A stretch of 64,000 nt of DNA from Octopus vulgaris (GCA_951406725.2 OX597825.1:44640001-44704000); one strand, 5' to 3'; shown: positions 13,821 through 28,634, counted from the stretch's first letter. Notes: a model not told the origin generated them from the sequence alone. Numbers and translations are program-made.

Positions 13821-14004
13821 TCTTCTCCTCTGGAAGCCATCTACTCGCAACACCAGAGGGCGCACACTCTCCTACCCTGATGTAATCTCCAGGGATACAG
13901 GCATCCAGCAACAGGACCTCCGTAATGCTATGATGGACCGTGAAGTCTGGCGCAACATGGTAAATTCCATTGTCTCGACCACGGTCGAACAATGATGATG
14001 ATGA
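13821..14004 (+). mobile_element. 5'-truncated RTE/RTE-X LINE 3' end with (TGA)n tail and TSD
   Basis: 'LLLWKPSTRNTRGRTLSYPDVISRDTG...AMMDREVWRNMV' followed by (TGA)n; flanking direct repeat TGAAGAC (13814-13820 / 14005-14011). Confidence 0.82.
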
Positions 14005-15842
14005 TGAAGACAAAACAATGTGGTCATACCTGGAACACTTTTGATATTGATCTGTTCCTTTATCGTCAACTTTCAGCGATAACTTCAGCAAAAACATGTA
14101 CCAAAACGATAAGACAGCCAACCCTGCAAATTTTATCAATATATATATATCGTATATCAGTGTTCTTCTGCTATCAAATTTTTGATATTCATTATTCCTA
14201 GAGAGCTAAAATTTGTCAACCCGCAGAAATACAACCATGGTATTTGTTGTCTTCAGCGTGAAGCGGATGAAAGACAAATTTCGTCCTGCATATATTGCTT
14301 AACATTTTTTTAGTAATTCTTTTCAATATAGACAAATTAACCAGATAGTTAAAATAAAACTCATAAGAAAAAATGCACGATGGTTGCTTCGTTTCCTTTA
14401 GGAAAAAAATCTATATATTTCAGGTCAACTGTTAGAACAATGGTGGAAAATTACCTACTAAAATAAAATCAGTTTTTAATAAGTATAACAACATAGAAAC
14501 CAATGGTTCGAAAAGAAATCTTAGTAGGTTAGTTCTTCGAAATACAGAGTAAATTCTTACTAAATTTTATTTAAGCAAGATGGTATTACGTTTCTCGACT
14601 CTTTTTTGATGTTATTTCATTTCAGTACGGAAAATATAACGATTCCAAATTTGCAGAACGATTTTTAGAACAAGGGACTAATTAAAATTATTACTTGGAA
14701 GCGTCGAACATGGACAAAAGGGAGACGCTTTCAACCAAAGTTCTTATCTTGCTTATCAAAGTTCTTATCTTGCTCTCGGTGATGGATTTTTAGATGTGCA
14801 TTGTTGCAAGAAGTAAATTACTCGATTATCATTAAATACCTTTTCTTCATTCAATGTATATACATATTTGCATACAACCTGGTAAATCGCGCTACTCGGT
14901 GTAGAACATTATCACGTAGAGAACTCAATTCGTTAATTATTGAGTTCTATACCAGATAATGCTTGCATTTGCTTTCCAACCACGTTTCCCTACGTATAGT
15001 TAAAAATAAGAAATTCTTTGTACTGTTTAATTTCACCTGGTGCCCAGTATCGTTGCGTGCGAATAATTTATTAATGAACAGAGTCTGCGATCTGTTTTTG
15101 GTCAATAACTGTGATCCCTATTACATCTCAAACTACTACAACGATATGAATAAGTAAACTACTTCGTATTCATATGAAAAATAAAACACTAACTACTTAT
15201 ATGACAGTAAACAGTTGGTCGATTGGTTGACTTAGCCCAAATATCCGTCAAATGTCATCCAACTGTCTTAAAATTGACAAATGTATTGGGTAAAATAATT
15301 CTAAAATAGTTTTAAAGATGAAACACACACAACTAAGACGTCGATCGTGAGATAGAAAAGAGACACAAGGTAATGTGTTCCAACTTACGGACCATATTTC
15401 GTCCACAGGCATATTTACCCGACAGAGTCGGTTCTGCACATAAAAAAATGACAAAAGCTGATATTTTTTTTATAATATGTATTATCCAGTGTATTCCCTA
15501 ATTACAATCGAGCAGCAATATTTAGCACAACCCAAGATAAATACCGAAATAACGTTGTTACTTCTTTTACAGTTCTAAGCGTTGTATTTATTAAGTCCCA
15601 GTAATTCATACACAAATATAACGCAGTAATTTTAAGAATAATGCAGCATTAGAAACAGTCTACAAAATACAATTATGGAACAAATAATATTACTGGCAGA
15701 TACAAAAATGGTGAACTAGACATAAATAAATACATAAATACATACATACATACATACATACATACATACATACATACATACATGCATGCATGCATACTAC
15801 TACTGATATATATGCATGTGCGCTGTATGTATGTATGTATGG

Positions 15843-16845
<1,003 letters not shown>

Positions 16846-16915
16846 ATTAGATAAACATACTTGAAAAAAATGCGTGTCGTTCAATAAAATAATAATACAA
16901 ATAATATATATATAT

Positions 16916-17078
16916 AGGCGCAGGGGTGGCTGTGTGATAAGTAGCTTGCTTACCAACCACATGGTTCCGGGTTCAGTCCCACTGCGTGGCACCTTGGTCA
17001 AGTGTCTTCTACTATAATCCCGGGCCGACCAAAGCCTTGTGAGTGGATTTGGTAGACGGAAAATGAAAGAAGCCCGTC

Positions 17079-17139
<61 letters not shown>

Positions 17140-17349
17140 TGTATATGTTTGTGTTTGTCAGCCTAACATCGCTCGCAACCGATGCTGGTGTGTTTACGTC
17201 CCCATCACATTAGCGGTTCGGCAAGAACGACCTATAGAATAAGTACTAGGCTTATAAAGAATAAGTCATGGGGTCGATTTTCTCGACTAAAGGCAGTGTT
17301 CTAGTATGGCCGCAGTCAAATGACTGGACAAATATAAGAAAAGAACGAA
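16916..17349 (+). mobile_element. tRNA-SINE family A
   Basis: Head ggcgcaggggtggctgtgtg...ggttcagtccc, internal (TA)/(TATG) microsatellite, conserved 3' body. Confidence 0.92.
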
Positions 17350-17911
17350 TATATATATATAAAGAGAGAGAGAGAGAGATACATACATACATACATACAT
17401 ACATACATACATACATACATACATACATACACACACACATACATACATACATACATACATACATACATACATACATACATACATACATAAACATACTTAG
17501 AAATGGATGCGTGGCGTTCAATAAAATAATAGTGTAAATAATATATATTCATATATATATATATACATATACATATATTTTCGTTGGATGTTCGAAATGA
17601 GGAGTAGATAGACAGCCGACAACTGATGAAGGGTCGCCTGGACACCTTCCGTGAGAAAAACAGCACTATGATATACATACATAAATACATATATATGCAT
17701 ATAAATTTGTGGATTTGCCAACACCTCATTAGGGCACGCTACGTCGAAATAAACCGTAAAATGCAATGATACATACAATACATATATGTATATACGTACT
17801 ATATATATATATATATAATTTCAACAATTGAGGGTAAAATTAATTAATTATTAATCAATTTCACCAAGTGTTCAGTATGCAAAGGGACCATTTAAGGCGA
17901 ATTCAAATTAT

Positions 17912-18378
17912 TACATTATATAAAAGGGCTTAGTAAAATAAATTACTTTGCCGCATACTGAACTCATTAGAAATAGCAGCTAAAAAACTTTTTAAAACTA
18001 TTTCTAATACTTAAAGAAAACCTCTCTCATATAGAGTTTGCTCAACTCAACTCACGAAAGTTTGGGGGTAAAGACATCAAAAAATCAAATGCAAAGGTTA
18101 TTTGAGAACGTACGTTTCAAGATTAGTCAACACGTAGAAGTGATGATAGAAGTGTCGTGTTGACTAATCTTGAAACGTACGTTCTCAAATAACCTTTGCA
18201 TTTGATTTTTTGATGTCTTTACCCCCAAACTTTCGTGAGTTGAGTTGAGCAAACTCTATATGAGAGAGGTTTTTTTAAGTATTAGAAATAGTTTTAAAAA
18301 TGTTTTTTAGCTGCTATTTCTAATGAGTTCAGTATGCGGCAAAGTAATTTATTTTACTAAGCCCTTTTATATAATGTA
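17912..18378. repeat. Near-perfect ~223-bp-arm inverted repeat with 21-nt spacer (Penelope-like fold-back)
   Basis: Arms 17912-18134 and 18156-18378 are reverse complements with only a few indels or mismatches. Confidence 0.95.
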
Positions 18379-18416
18379 TATATATATATATATATGAGCG
18401 CGTGTGTGTGTGTGTG

Positions 18417-19640
18417 TAGTGGGTCATCGGAGGGGTGCGGTATAGACTACCTGCATCAGCTTGCTATAAAAGCAGGTAGTAATTGTACCTTGCCTTACTC
18501 TTAGTGCAAATTTTGAAGAGTTCAGTTCAATTCTTTAACATTTACTTTATCAAAGCTATAATGGAAGTGACAAAGGAGCATATTTTGGCATATTTTACTT
18601 TATTAGTACAATAAAGGAAACAATGCAACGGAAAGTGCGAGGAATAGTTATGCAGTATATGGGGATCAGGCAATAAACGTAAACTAGTGTCAACGGTGGT
18701 TCCAGAAATTCCGAGCCGGAAACTACAGCCTAGAAGACGAGCCTCGTCCTGGAAGATCTGTAGATCTCGATGTGGACGTCTTGCAAACCTTGGTGGAACA
18801 AAATCCCATCGTAACTGTCGAAGAACTAGTAGAGAAGCTTGGACTTGGTCATTCAATCATTCATCGACAACTGCATGCCATCGGAAAAGTTAGCAAATTG
18901 GGTCAATGAGTTCCTCACAAACTTTCCGAATCTAATCGCGCGCAGAGAGTGAATGCGTGCTTTTCTTTGCTGTCACGTTTCGCGAATGACCCTTTTTTGG
19001 ACTGGATAGTGATTGGTGACGAGAAATGGGTTCTCAATAAAAAATGTTAAGCGCCGAAGACAGTGGGTAGGGAAAGGAGAAACACCAGCACCCCAGGCTA
19101 AAGAAGGCCTTCATCCACGTATGGTGTTGTTATTTGTTTGGTGGGATATGAAAGGTTTAGGCCACTTTGAACTTTTAAACCCATACCAATCGAGGATAAT
19201 GGAGATCTAGTGCGAGCAGCTTGAGCGGCTTAAGTCAGCTCTAGAAGAAAAAGTGCCATTTTTGCCTCAAGACAAGAGGTGTTCTTCCATTAGTATAATG
19301 CTCGGCCACATACAGTTAGGATAACATTCCAATGGCTGGAGCAGTTTAAATGGGAAACGATGCCTCACCCACCATATTCGCCTGACATTGCCCCATCTGA
19401 TTATTATATATTCCGCATTCTCCAAAATCATTTGGACAAAAAAATATGAATTCTGTAGACGAAGTCAGAAAAGTACTGGAGGAGGATTTTTCGTCACAGA
19501 CAAGGGAGTTTTGGAAGAGGGACCTTGCAAGTCTAACAGATAGACGGAAGAGCATTGTAGAAAATGAAGGAGGATATATTTTAGATTTAAAAAGAACTTT
19601 ATCTTAATTTTGAAAAATAAGCGTATTAAAAAAAAAGCAC
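18417..19640 (+). mobile_element. Mariner element with near-full-length transposase pseudogene (~18561-19590)
   Basis: 'MEVTKEHI..','QRWFQKFRAGNYSLEDEPRPGR','*VPHKLS','IVIGDEKWV','NARPH','HPPYSPDIAPSDY','IVENEGGYILD'; several stops and frameshifts. Confidence 0.95.
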
Positions 19641-20207
19641 CCGCGAGGCCATTCTATTGCGGCTGCAGGCTGGAATACTTGTATGTACAGAATATAGTTA
19701 TTTTTTTCAGTTATAAAATTTATACCATATTCGTATGCCTATTTCCGACATAGGTCGCATTACCACTACGACTTAAAACGGTTAGACTCGAACAGAAAAT
19801 CGTATGGTAATTGTCATTTCAATGGAACTTTTGTTTTCACCATAAAACACATATTGTTATGTTTGTATCCCGCCCCCTTGAGACCCAACTACACTCTAGC
19901 TGAAAAATAAAGAATACCTCATGAGTAAAATAAACGTCCTACATTCAGTGGTGGTGTTAATGAAGATGTTACGCATTAATCTAATGTGTTATACTTATCT
20001 TTATTAATGCATATCGAATTATACATAGATATATACAAGGTTCACACAAATATAATTGTTAAAACTTGTGATCCACCTGCGGACATTTATCCTTGGACAT
20101 TTTTGCCCGCTGCACTAAGAAGTTTCCCCACCCCTGATGTAAGGGATGACCCAATATATAAATATGTATGTGTATGCATGTATGTATATATGTTTGTATG
20201 TATTTAC

Positions 20208-20273
<66 letters not shown>

Positions 20274-20649
20274 GTGTGAATGTGTAAATATATATATATA
20301 CGCAGTGGGAATATCATCAAAACATTGCAACCCCAGAGTTGCGAAGATAGATACTTCAGTACAGTAATACAATAGTTACAAGTACATTCCCAAAACATAT
20401 ACCGATATACCGAAGATTGACGTTAATTAATACTACCGCAATAATGCGAGAAAATGGCCTAACCGAAATAAAAAAAAAAAATTAGGAGCAACCTGAAACA
20501 TGCCGTAACAGAGATAAATATAAAACACATCATTGAACCAAAAAAAAAAAAACCAGATAAGCCATAAAACTCAGAAAACTTGTAAACATTTCTTTCGTAG
20601 CATAAACGGTGACATAAACAGCAAAAAGCGATTATACATAAGATGTATA

Positions 20650-21150
<501 letters not shown>

Positions 21151-21213
21151 TCCCGGGTTGAGTCGGGGTTAACCACAGTAAATAAGGTACTCAATACATA
21201 GCAGAGTAAATTA

Positions 21214-21307
21214 ATTTATTTTATAGAAGGAGTTTCTACAGGACTAGAACTGTTTCATTTGAATGAAACGGTTCTAGTCCTGTAGAAGCTCCTTCTATAA
21301 AATAAAT
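21214..21307. repeat. 46-bp-arm palindrome (Penelope-like end)
   Basis: Arms 21214-21259 / 21262-21307, with 2 mismatches that are both G-U compatible on the + strand. Confidence 0.9.
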
Positions 21308-21408
21308 ATATATATATATTCACTTTATTAATAAAGTATATTACTCTACATCCGGTATTCGAATACTATTCTTTTCCACCTTGTTTTATATTTATATGCC
21401 AAATTCTG

Positions 21409-21492
<84 letters not shown>

Positions 21493-21496
21493 ATAT

Positions 21497-21757
21497 GAGG
21501 CACATGGCCTAGAGCAGCGGACTCGCGGTCGAGGGATCGCTGGTTCGAATCTCAGACCGGGCGATGTCTGTGTTTATGAGCGAAACACCTAAGCTCCACG
21601 CGGTTCCGTCAGAAGGTAATGGCGAACTTCTGCATCCTGTATCTTGCAGCTCACCTGCGACGGGCCGGCGTCCCGTCCAGGTGGGGAACCTATATGTCAA
21701 GGAAACCGGGAGGCCGGCCCTTATGAGCCAGGGATGGGTCGAGAAGGAACAAACAAA
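21497..21757 (+). mobile_element. tRNA(Arg)-like SINE family B1
   Basis: A/B-box head (tggcctag..ggttcgaatc), body gagcgaaacacctaagctccacg, central 'gcgacgggccggcgtcccgtccagg' resembling Meta/V-SINE domains, (AAAC)n tail. Confidence 0.8.
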
Positions 21758-21979
21758 AATATGTGTATATAGATAGATAGATAGATACATACATACATAC
21801 ATACATACAAACAATCTTGCGTACATACATACGTACATACATACATACATACATATTCTGTAAATAATAATAACTATTATAAGCTTACAGCTTATAAGTG
21901 TTCACCACGTATTGGTTAAAGAAAATAATCTAATATTAAGGCATCGAGGGCTTATGTGCCCCAATATTAGTCTATAAAC

Positions 21980-22079
<100 letters not shown>

Positions 22080-22189
22080 TATTATTATTATAATTCGTCC
22101 TATTTATCTGGACTGCCATGTTAGCTTGGCGATAACTATTAATATCCAGCACCACTGCCGTAGTCTCCTTTAGAGAGAATTAGAAATAA

Positions 22190-22229
<40 letters not shown>

Positions 22230-22246
<17 letters not shown>

Positions 22247-23969
22247 GCAGTTTGTCTGTCTGTGTCTGTCTGTGTGTCTGTCAGGTTGTACCCTCACCCT
22301 GACCACGGCTTTCAACCGATTCTGATGAAACTTGACACACACATAGCCCAACGTCATAATTCAAAACTAACGCAGCGAAAATTTTGAAAAGTTTCCCCAG
22401 TTCTGAAAAAAAAATCGATAAATTCGACATGGGGTCGAGAATCTAAGCTTTTCGTATGCAACACATTTTCTGTTGTAGTTTTCGCAACTTGCAATCGATT
22501 TTCACCAAACTCATGGTGAAGCTTAATGTTACCCTAAGAAACTTAATTCTGACGTTAGTTTTCCATCTGACGTTAGTTTTCCATCAGAAAAAATCCGATA
22601 AAATCATGCCATTTTGAGAAATTGCGTTCAAATTCAAGATGACATATTTTCGACAATATCTTTAACAAATTGTCAGGAATTTTTTTTTGAAATTCACAGC
22701 GAGCATCATGTCTGCTCCAAGGAGCTATGTAGCTCTTTTTATTCCAATAGTATACTTTATTACTAGAAAAAATCAGTTAATTAAATCATATGTGGCACAC
22801 ATAGCAAACCGATTTGTGTATTAAACACAAACCACAGACTGTCTAGGGACGCAACTCGACCTTCTTTAACTCTCTTACTCCCCCAAATAACTATCAAACA
22901 GCTATCGGTAATTCAACCCACAGGAAGAAATCTAGACTTAATCTTCAAGGTATCCCACATACAAACCAAATATTACATCGAAACCTCCAGACTAACCTAA
23001 GTTTTGGTGAACCAATTCCTACCAGGAAGAACTTACCTCCCAGACTTTACCCCCAACACAGCCACTTTCAGCAGTCAATGAGACAAAATATGACCAGACA
23101 ACATAACCTTGGCATGCTTCTGCTAATCGCTGCTGCAGCCGCAAGTTATTCGAATATTTTTTTGTTTAAACTTTCTTTATAACTACTACCCCAAACGTTT
23201 TACCTTAAATTTTTGACGTACCCTAAGGGTCCTCGGACGCTACTTGCAAACTCTTGGTTTATTATAAGCTGCTTTTATCCACTTCAGGCGTTCTCAGTTT
23301 CCTGTTAAAATCTGCTTCGCAATGTCCATCAATAAATCCCAAGTCGCTGGGTTACATTTGGGCGAACAGTGCTTCGCCCACGGTCAACTCTACGTGGGCT
23401 GTCCACGCGTTGGGAGGCGCAATGATGTTTTCATGTTTTCGCCCAAAGGGACAGCTAGGAACGTCGTATACACAGAAGTATTGGAGTGAAGAGAAGACGT
23501 TGCAACCTACACATGCGCCTTCGCTCCCTAGAGGGAAAGGACTAGATCAGGATTAGTCGTTGCCTACTAGAGGCACCCGAGCCCCCTTTCGCTAGACTTA
23601 AGTTAGGATTAGGTAGGGCTTAGCTGTGGTCAGAACCCAACTTGGGTTCGGCGGGGCGGTGTCAAAAGGGCCGGCATGTGCAACCTTATCACCTCTGCCT
23701 GTCAAACTCCCAACCCATGCGTTCCCGTCGCGACACTGATCTCGCAGAACTGGGTTGAGTGTGCTAAACAAAACCAGAAAATGCACTTTGACTGTCATAG
23801 ATTTTCTTCATGCATGCAAGGGAACGGTGCCTTGAATGCCTTGATGCCTTTTAGGCTTCATTTTACAAAATATCGGTTCAATGAGTACAAAAAAGGGTAA
23901 AAAGGTAAAGGGCATTGCTTATCGACAAAGTTTCTTACATACCCGGGCAACGCCGGGCTATGCTGCTAG
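22230..23969 (+). mobile_element. Non-autonomous Helitron
   Basis: 5' TATATAAAA..(GTCT)n..caaccgattctgatgaaacttg. The 3' GC hairpin cccgggcaacgccggg is followed by CTAG|T at 23966-23970. No Rep/helicase seen. Confidence 0.85.
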
Positions 23970-24076
23970 TAGAAAATAAAGAATGTGTAGTGGCTAGCGA
24001 TCTACCATGATGTGTATATATATATAAGCATTAATAAATCTCTGAACGAGGTATAGACAGTAACCGCACGACAGTG

Positions 24077-24423
24077 TGAAGTATATTTGCCATCTCAATA
24101 TGACTAACCACTAAGGGCGGATGTTGCTGTAGCTTGTAGCCCCAGGAGAACATCTCCTCCAACTGGCTATAGAAACACTTTCTGTGCCCTATCGATATTT
24201 GCAAAGGGAGGTCATCCTTCTCTCGTCAACCTAAGTGATACGCACGGACTGCACTTTCTAGGTATTGACCTGTCATCAGCGCACGACAATCACCGGTTTT
24301 CGATGGAAGGAGTCCCAATGCAAATATTTATAGCCAGCTGGAGGAGCTGTTCTCCTGGGGCTACAAGCTACAGTAACATCTACCCTTAGTGGTTAGCCAT
24401 ATTGAGATGGCAAATATACTTCA
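24077..24423. repeat. ~95-bp-arm inverted repeat enclosing a hammerhead (Penelope-like)
   Basis: Arms 24077-24171 / 24329-24423, roughly 90% identical by eye. Confidence 0.9.
24241..24285 (-). ncRNA. Minimal type-I hammerhead ribozyme motif (slightly decayed)
   Basis: Minus strand: cgtgcg-CTGATGA-c-aggt[caat]acct-a-GAAA-g-tgca-GTC-cgtgcg. Stem I is 6 bp with 2 G-U pairs; loop III is palindromic TGCA; the 10.1-11.1 and 15.2-16.2 pairs are mismatched. Confidence 0.68.
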
Positions 24424-24443
24424 TATATATATATATATATATA

Positions 24444-24846
24444 CTCTTTACACTCTTTACTCTTTTACTTGTTTCAGTCATTTGAGTACAGCCATGCTGG
24501 ACCACCACCTTTAGTCAAGCAAATCGACCCCAGGACTTATAATTTGTAAGCCTAGTACTTATTCTATCGGTCGCTCTCGCCGAACCGCTAAGTTACGGGG
24601 ACGTAAACACACTGCCATCGGTTGTCAAGCGATGTTGGAGTGACAAACACAGACACACAAACACATACACACACATACATATATATATATGCATATATAC
24701 GACGGGCCTCTTTCAGTTTCCGTCTACCAAATCCGCTCAAAAGGCTTTGGTCGGCCCGAGGCTATGGTAGAAGACAACCGCCGAAGGTGCCACGCAGTGT
24801 GAATGAACCCGGAACCATGTGATTGGTAAGCAAGCTACTTACCACA
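24444..24846 (-). mobile_element. tRNA-SINE family A (head truncated at the RTE junction)
   Basis: Reverse complement of family A, lacking the first ~20 nt. Confidence 0.9.
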
Positions 24847-25665
24847 GATTGTATGATGCATGTGTGTGGACTGCCATGCTTCACGGCAGTGAAACATGGG
24901 CCGTGACTGCTGAAAGAAATGAAGCTAGCATGATCCGTTGGATGTGTAATGTCAGTGTGCACACACGACAGAGTGTAAGCGCCCTGCGAAAAATGTTAAA
25001 CGTAAGAAGCATCGGATGTGGCCTGCATGAAAGACGTTTGCGTTGGTCTGGTCATGTGCTGCGGATGGACGAGGAGTGCCACTCCCAAACAGTTGTAGGA
25101 ATCTGGGGTAGAGGGAGACCCAGGAAGATATGGCATGGGATGAGGTGGTGAAGCATGACCTTCGAACGTTGGGCCTCACAGAGGCAATGACAAAAGGCCG
25201 AGACCTCTGGAAGTATGCTGTGACTGTGAAGACCCGGCAAATAATATGAGTTCACAGCTGTAACCACACCAGCGCCGCATAACCAGCCCACTCAAAAGTA
25301 CCTTGGATCGTAGGGCGACATGCCGTGCTTGAGGGGGCCTATTCAGTCAAGTACATCAACATCAACATCAATATCAAATCAAATTACAATCAAATGGAAA
25401 TTGTAATTATGACTCCCGTGTCGGTGGAAAGTAAAAAGCACCATCCGAACGTGGCCGTAAAAAGCACCATCCGACTGGCTTCCGTGCCAGTGGCACCTAA
25501 AAAGCACCCACTACACTCTCGGGGCGGTTGGCGTTAGGAAGGCCATCCAGCTGTAGAAACACTGCCACATCAGACTGAGGCCTGGTTCAGCCCCCTGGCT
25601 TCCCAGACTCCAGCCAAACCGTCCAGCCCATACCAGCATGGAAAACGGACGTTAAACTATGATGA

Positions 25666-25668
<3 letters not shown>
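24847..25668 (+). mobile_element. RTE-clade LINE 3' fragment with 3'UTR and (GAT)n tail
   Basis: 'RLYDACVWTAMLHGSETWAV..MIRWMCNVS..RRLRWSGHVLRM..GRGRPRKIW'; tail gcatggaaaacggacgttaaactatgatgatga. Confidence 0.9.
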
Positions 25669-25709
<41 letters not shown>

Positions 25710-25723
25710 TCATCATAGTTTAA

Positions 25724-25775
<52 letters not shown>

Positions 25776-25789
25776 TATATATATATATA

Positions 25790-25844
<55 letters not shown>

Positions 25845-25910
25845 TGCCCCAGCATGGCCGCAGCCTTCGTGCTAAAACATTTTTAAGAATTTAAGGATTT
25901 ATATATAATG

Positions 25911-25972
<62 letters not shown>

Positions 25973-26013
25973 GTATATAATATAGACCTCTTAAGGTGAA
26001 TTTATGTATAATG

Positions 26014-26070
26014 TGTCTTACTGATGAGAAAAAGATATTGGACTAATCCAGAAGTTGATCAATCCAAGGC
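26014..26070 (+). ncRNA. Decayed hammerhead-like motif
   Basis: tgtctta-CTGATGA-...tgga[ctaa]tcca-GAAg-ttgatcaa-TC-caaggc. Palindromic stem III, partial stem I, A15.1 mutated. Confidence 0.42.
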
Positions 26071-26265
26071 TAACTAATTTATGAATTTCCCTCGATTTCG
26101 ACACGTTGTATATTCTGATACTTTTTAAGTGGTTTGTCGATTTGGCGTCCATTTTCAGCATAGCCATAGTCTCTTCTATGCCCTTAATTATAATTGTATT
26201 TTATACTAGTATAAATCTCTCTCTCACTCTCTCACTTTCTCCTTCTCTCTCTCTCTTTCTCTCTC

Positions 26266-26319
<54 letters not shown>

Positions 26320-26461
26320 CAATAATCATGAAAAGGAAACAAACTAGCGGACCAAGCACCTTGAAAAAATGCACAGGCACACCAACAACACACACTAACA
26401 TATTTAAATACAAACAATGCATTTTCAGCGCAAAGTACAGTTAAATGCAAACAACAACAAT

Positions 26462-26870
26462 AGGCGCAGGAGTGGCTGTGTGGTAAGTAGCTAGCTTACC
26501 AACCACATGGTTCTGGGTTCAGTCCCACTGTGTGGCATCTTGGGCAAGTGTCTTCTGCTATAGCCTCGGGCCGACCAAAGCCTTGTGAGTGGATTTGGTA
26601 GATGGAAACTGAAAGAAGCCCGTCGTATATATGTATATATATATATGTGTGTGTATGTTTGTGTGTCTGTGTTTGTCCCTCCAGCATTGCTTGACAACCG
26701 ATGCTGGTGTGTTTACGTCCCCGTCACTTAGCGGTTCGGCAAAAGAGACCGATAGAATAAGTACTGGACTTACAAAGAATAAGTCCTGGGGTCGATTTGC
26801 TCGACTGAAGGCGGTGCTCCAGCATGGCCACAGTCAAATGACTGAAACAAGTAAAAGAGTAAAAGAGTAA
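26462..26870 (+). mobile_element. tRNA-SINE family A, full length
   Basis: Complete head, internal microsatellite and (GTAAAAGA)n tail. Confidence 0.95.
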
Positions 26871-28399
26871 GCCCCTGTTGTTCCATGTAAAATGAAAAAT
26901 CACCTCCAAACATGCAGACACATAATACAAAACACCAGAGTATTACAGCAGTCTAAAATAACTATCTGTAACGCTTACTCAAAAACATTTTCAGAAATAG
27001 TTGCAGAATAAATAGTCTCAAGCACTGTCCTGAGAAATACATGCCATCAATGATAGGACGTTAGATGTAACGTTTTGACTGGATTCACACAATTCGTCTC
27101 CATTGTGAACAATACTAGAATCTACAAAGTAACCTCTATGTAATGGCCAGTTTTGCTAGATGTAGCATCAGTTTGTCTTTTATCCCTCAATAGCGTCTTT
27201 AAAGATATGTATCTAAGATATCATTATTCATTGTAACGTTATATACATGTGGTAGCAGTGGCTGGTGCACTCAGTCAAGGTACAAATTCTATATGCAGGT
27301 CAGAGAACAACATGTCAATATTGTTATAAAATATCCCATACGATATATGTATATATTGAAGTGTGAAATACGGTGCTTGGTTAAGCGTGCGTATTATGTA
27401 TCTGGAACAGCAAATCTTTTGATTGCATTTACCTGCTTAGCAAATAGTATTTTCATTCAGAGCTGACTTAGGAATACTGAACATCTCAGCTCTACTATTT
27501 AATTGTCATTTCGAGCACAGCTTTGTGCATGGGAATTGCCTATTCAGTTTCATAAAGTCATTTAAAGCATGATAGATTTTTTATTCCTTATTGACGATCT
27601 CTTTACCTTTAAATTTTTATATAGAAATTAAGTATTGTATGGCATATATCGAAAAGTATAAATAAAAGATTCATATCAAGTGCCAAACTTAGTGTAACAT
27701 TTGTCCTTCTCAGTGACATGTACTAAAGATGTAGAAGAGAATGGATGACAGACTGAATTAAGATATACAAGTTTGCGTGGATCACTGCCTAAGTATTAAA
27801 TGTCAATGCGTAGTTATCTTTGTGTATGTTAATACCAGAGAGAATCACATAATTTCAGCTCAGCTGTAGTAACAGTTTCATTGTATTCGCAAAGATCATG
27901 TCAAATATATTCTTGGAAAGGAGAGAAAACAAATTTCCAAGCAAATTATCAAACAACTAATGAAAGTAGCGAAAACAAAATATCACAATAAGGTTAGAAG
28001 CAAAAAATAACTTAACAATGGCATCTAGTTTAGTAAGTAAATGGCTACAGATAACATGGTACATTCTTTATTGTCATAGATTAAAATGAGAGTAGTGAAA
28101 TAGTAAAAGTGAGTGAAAAATGTACGAAATTGTTTAGAGAATTTTATTACGTTATACTCAATTCCCTTGAGTTGAAATCTGCTTTTGTCATAACAGGTTC
28201 CTTCATATCAGGTTCCATAAAATTTTTCCACAAATTAATTTGATTCAATTGAATCGATCAAACAAATTTTGGCCTTATATCAAGTGCAAAGATATTAATA
28301 CTTATTGATGCGTTGAATATTGCACATTTGAGGTAAAATTGAGTCTGTATACTTTCAGTCCTCTTGTCGATATTGCTAAGACCATAATACTGGTACCAG

Positions 28400-28627
28400 G
28401 GGAACAGCCTGCTCATAAATTAACGTGCAAGTAGCTGAGCACTCCACAGACACACATACCTTTAACAGTTCTCTGGGAGAATCAGCGTGACACAGAATGT
28501 AACAAGGCTGGCCCTTTGAAATACTGATACTACTCATTTTTGACAGCTGGTCCTTTAAAATACAGGCACTACTCACTTTTGCCACCTTAGTGGATTGGAG
28601 CAACATGAAATAAGCCACGCGCCTTCA
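28400..28627 (-). mobile_element. SINE family C copy (tRNA head mostly deleted)
   Basis: Reverse-complement similarity to 28635-28935 (tgtctgtggagtgctcagc..tgcacgttaattt). Confidence 0.8.
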
Positions 28628-28634
28628 CACAATC

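Noticed and set aside
13591-14139. 182-aa minus-strand ORF
   Set aside because: It spans an antisense RTE fragment and its tail, with no recognisable domain.
17622-17665. CTGATGA-agggt..cacc as a hammerhead
   Set aside because: GAAA register and cleavage triplet are not recoverable; too decayed to call.
22322-22331. CTGATGAAAC as a hammerhead core
   Set aside because: Part of the standard Helitron 5' motif, with no stem II.
23669-23705. GGCCGGCATG, identical to the start of the HDV ribozyme, with a partial P1 partner
   Set aside because: No P3/L3 (UCC) element or following GG; P2 and P4 cannot be built.
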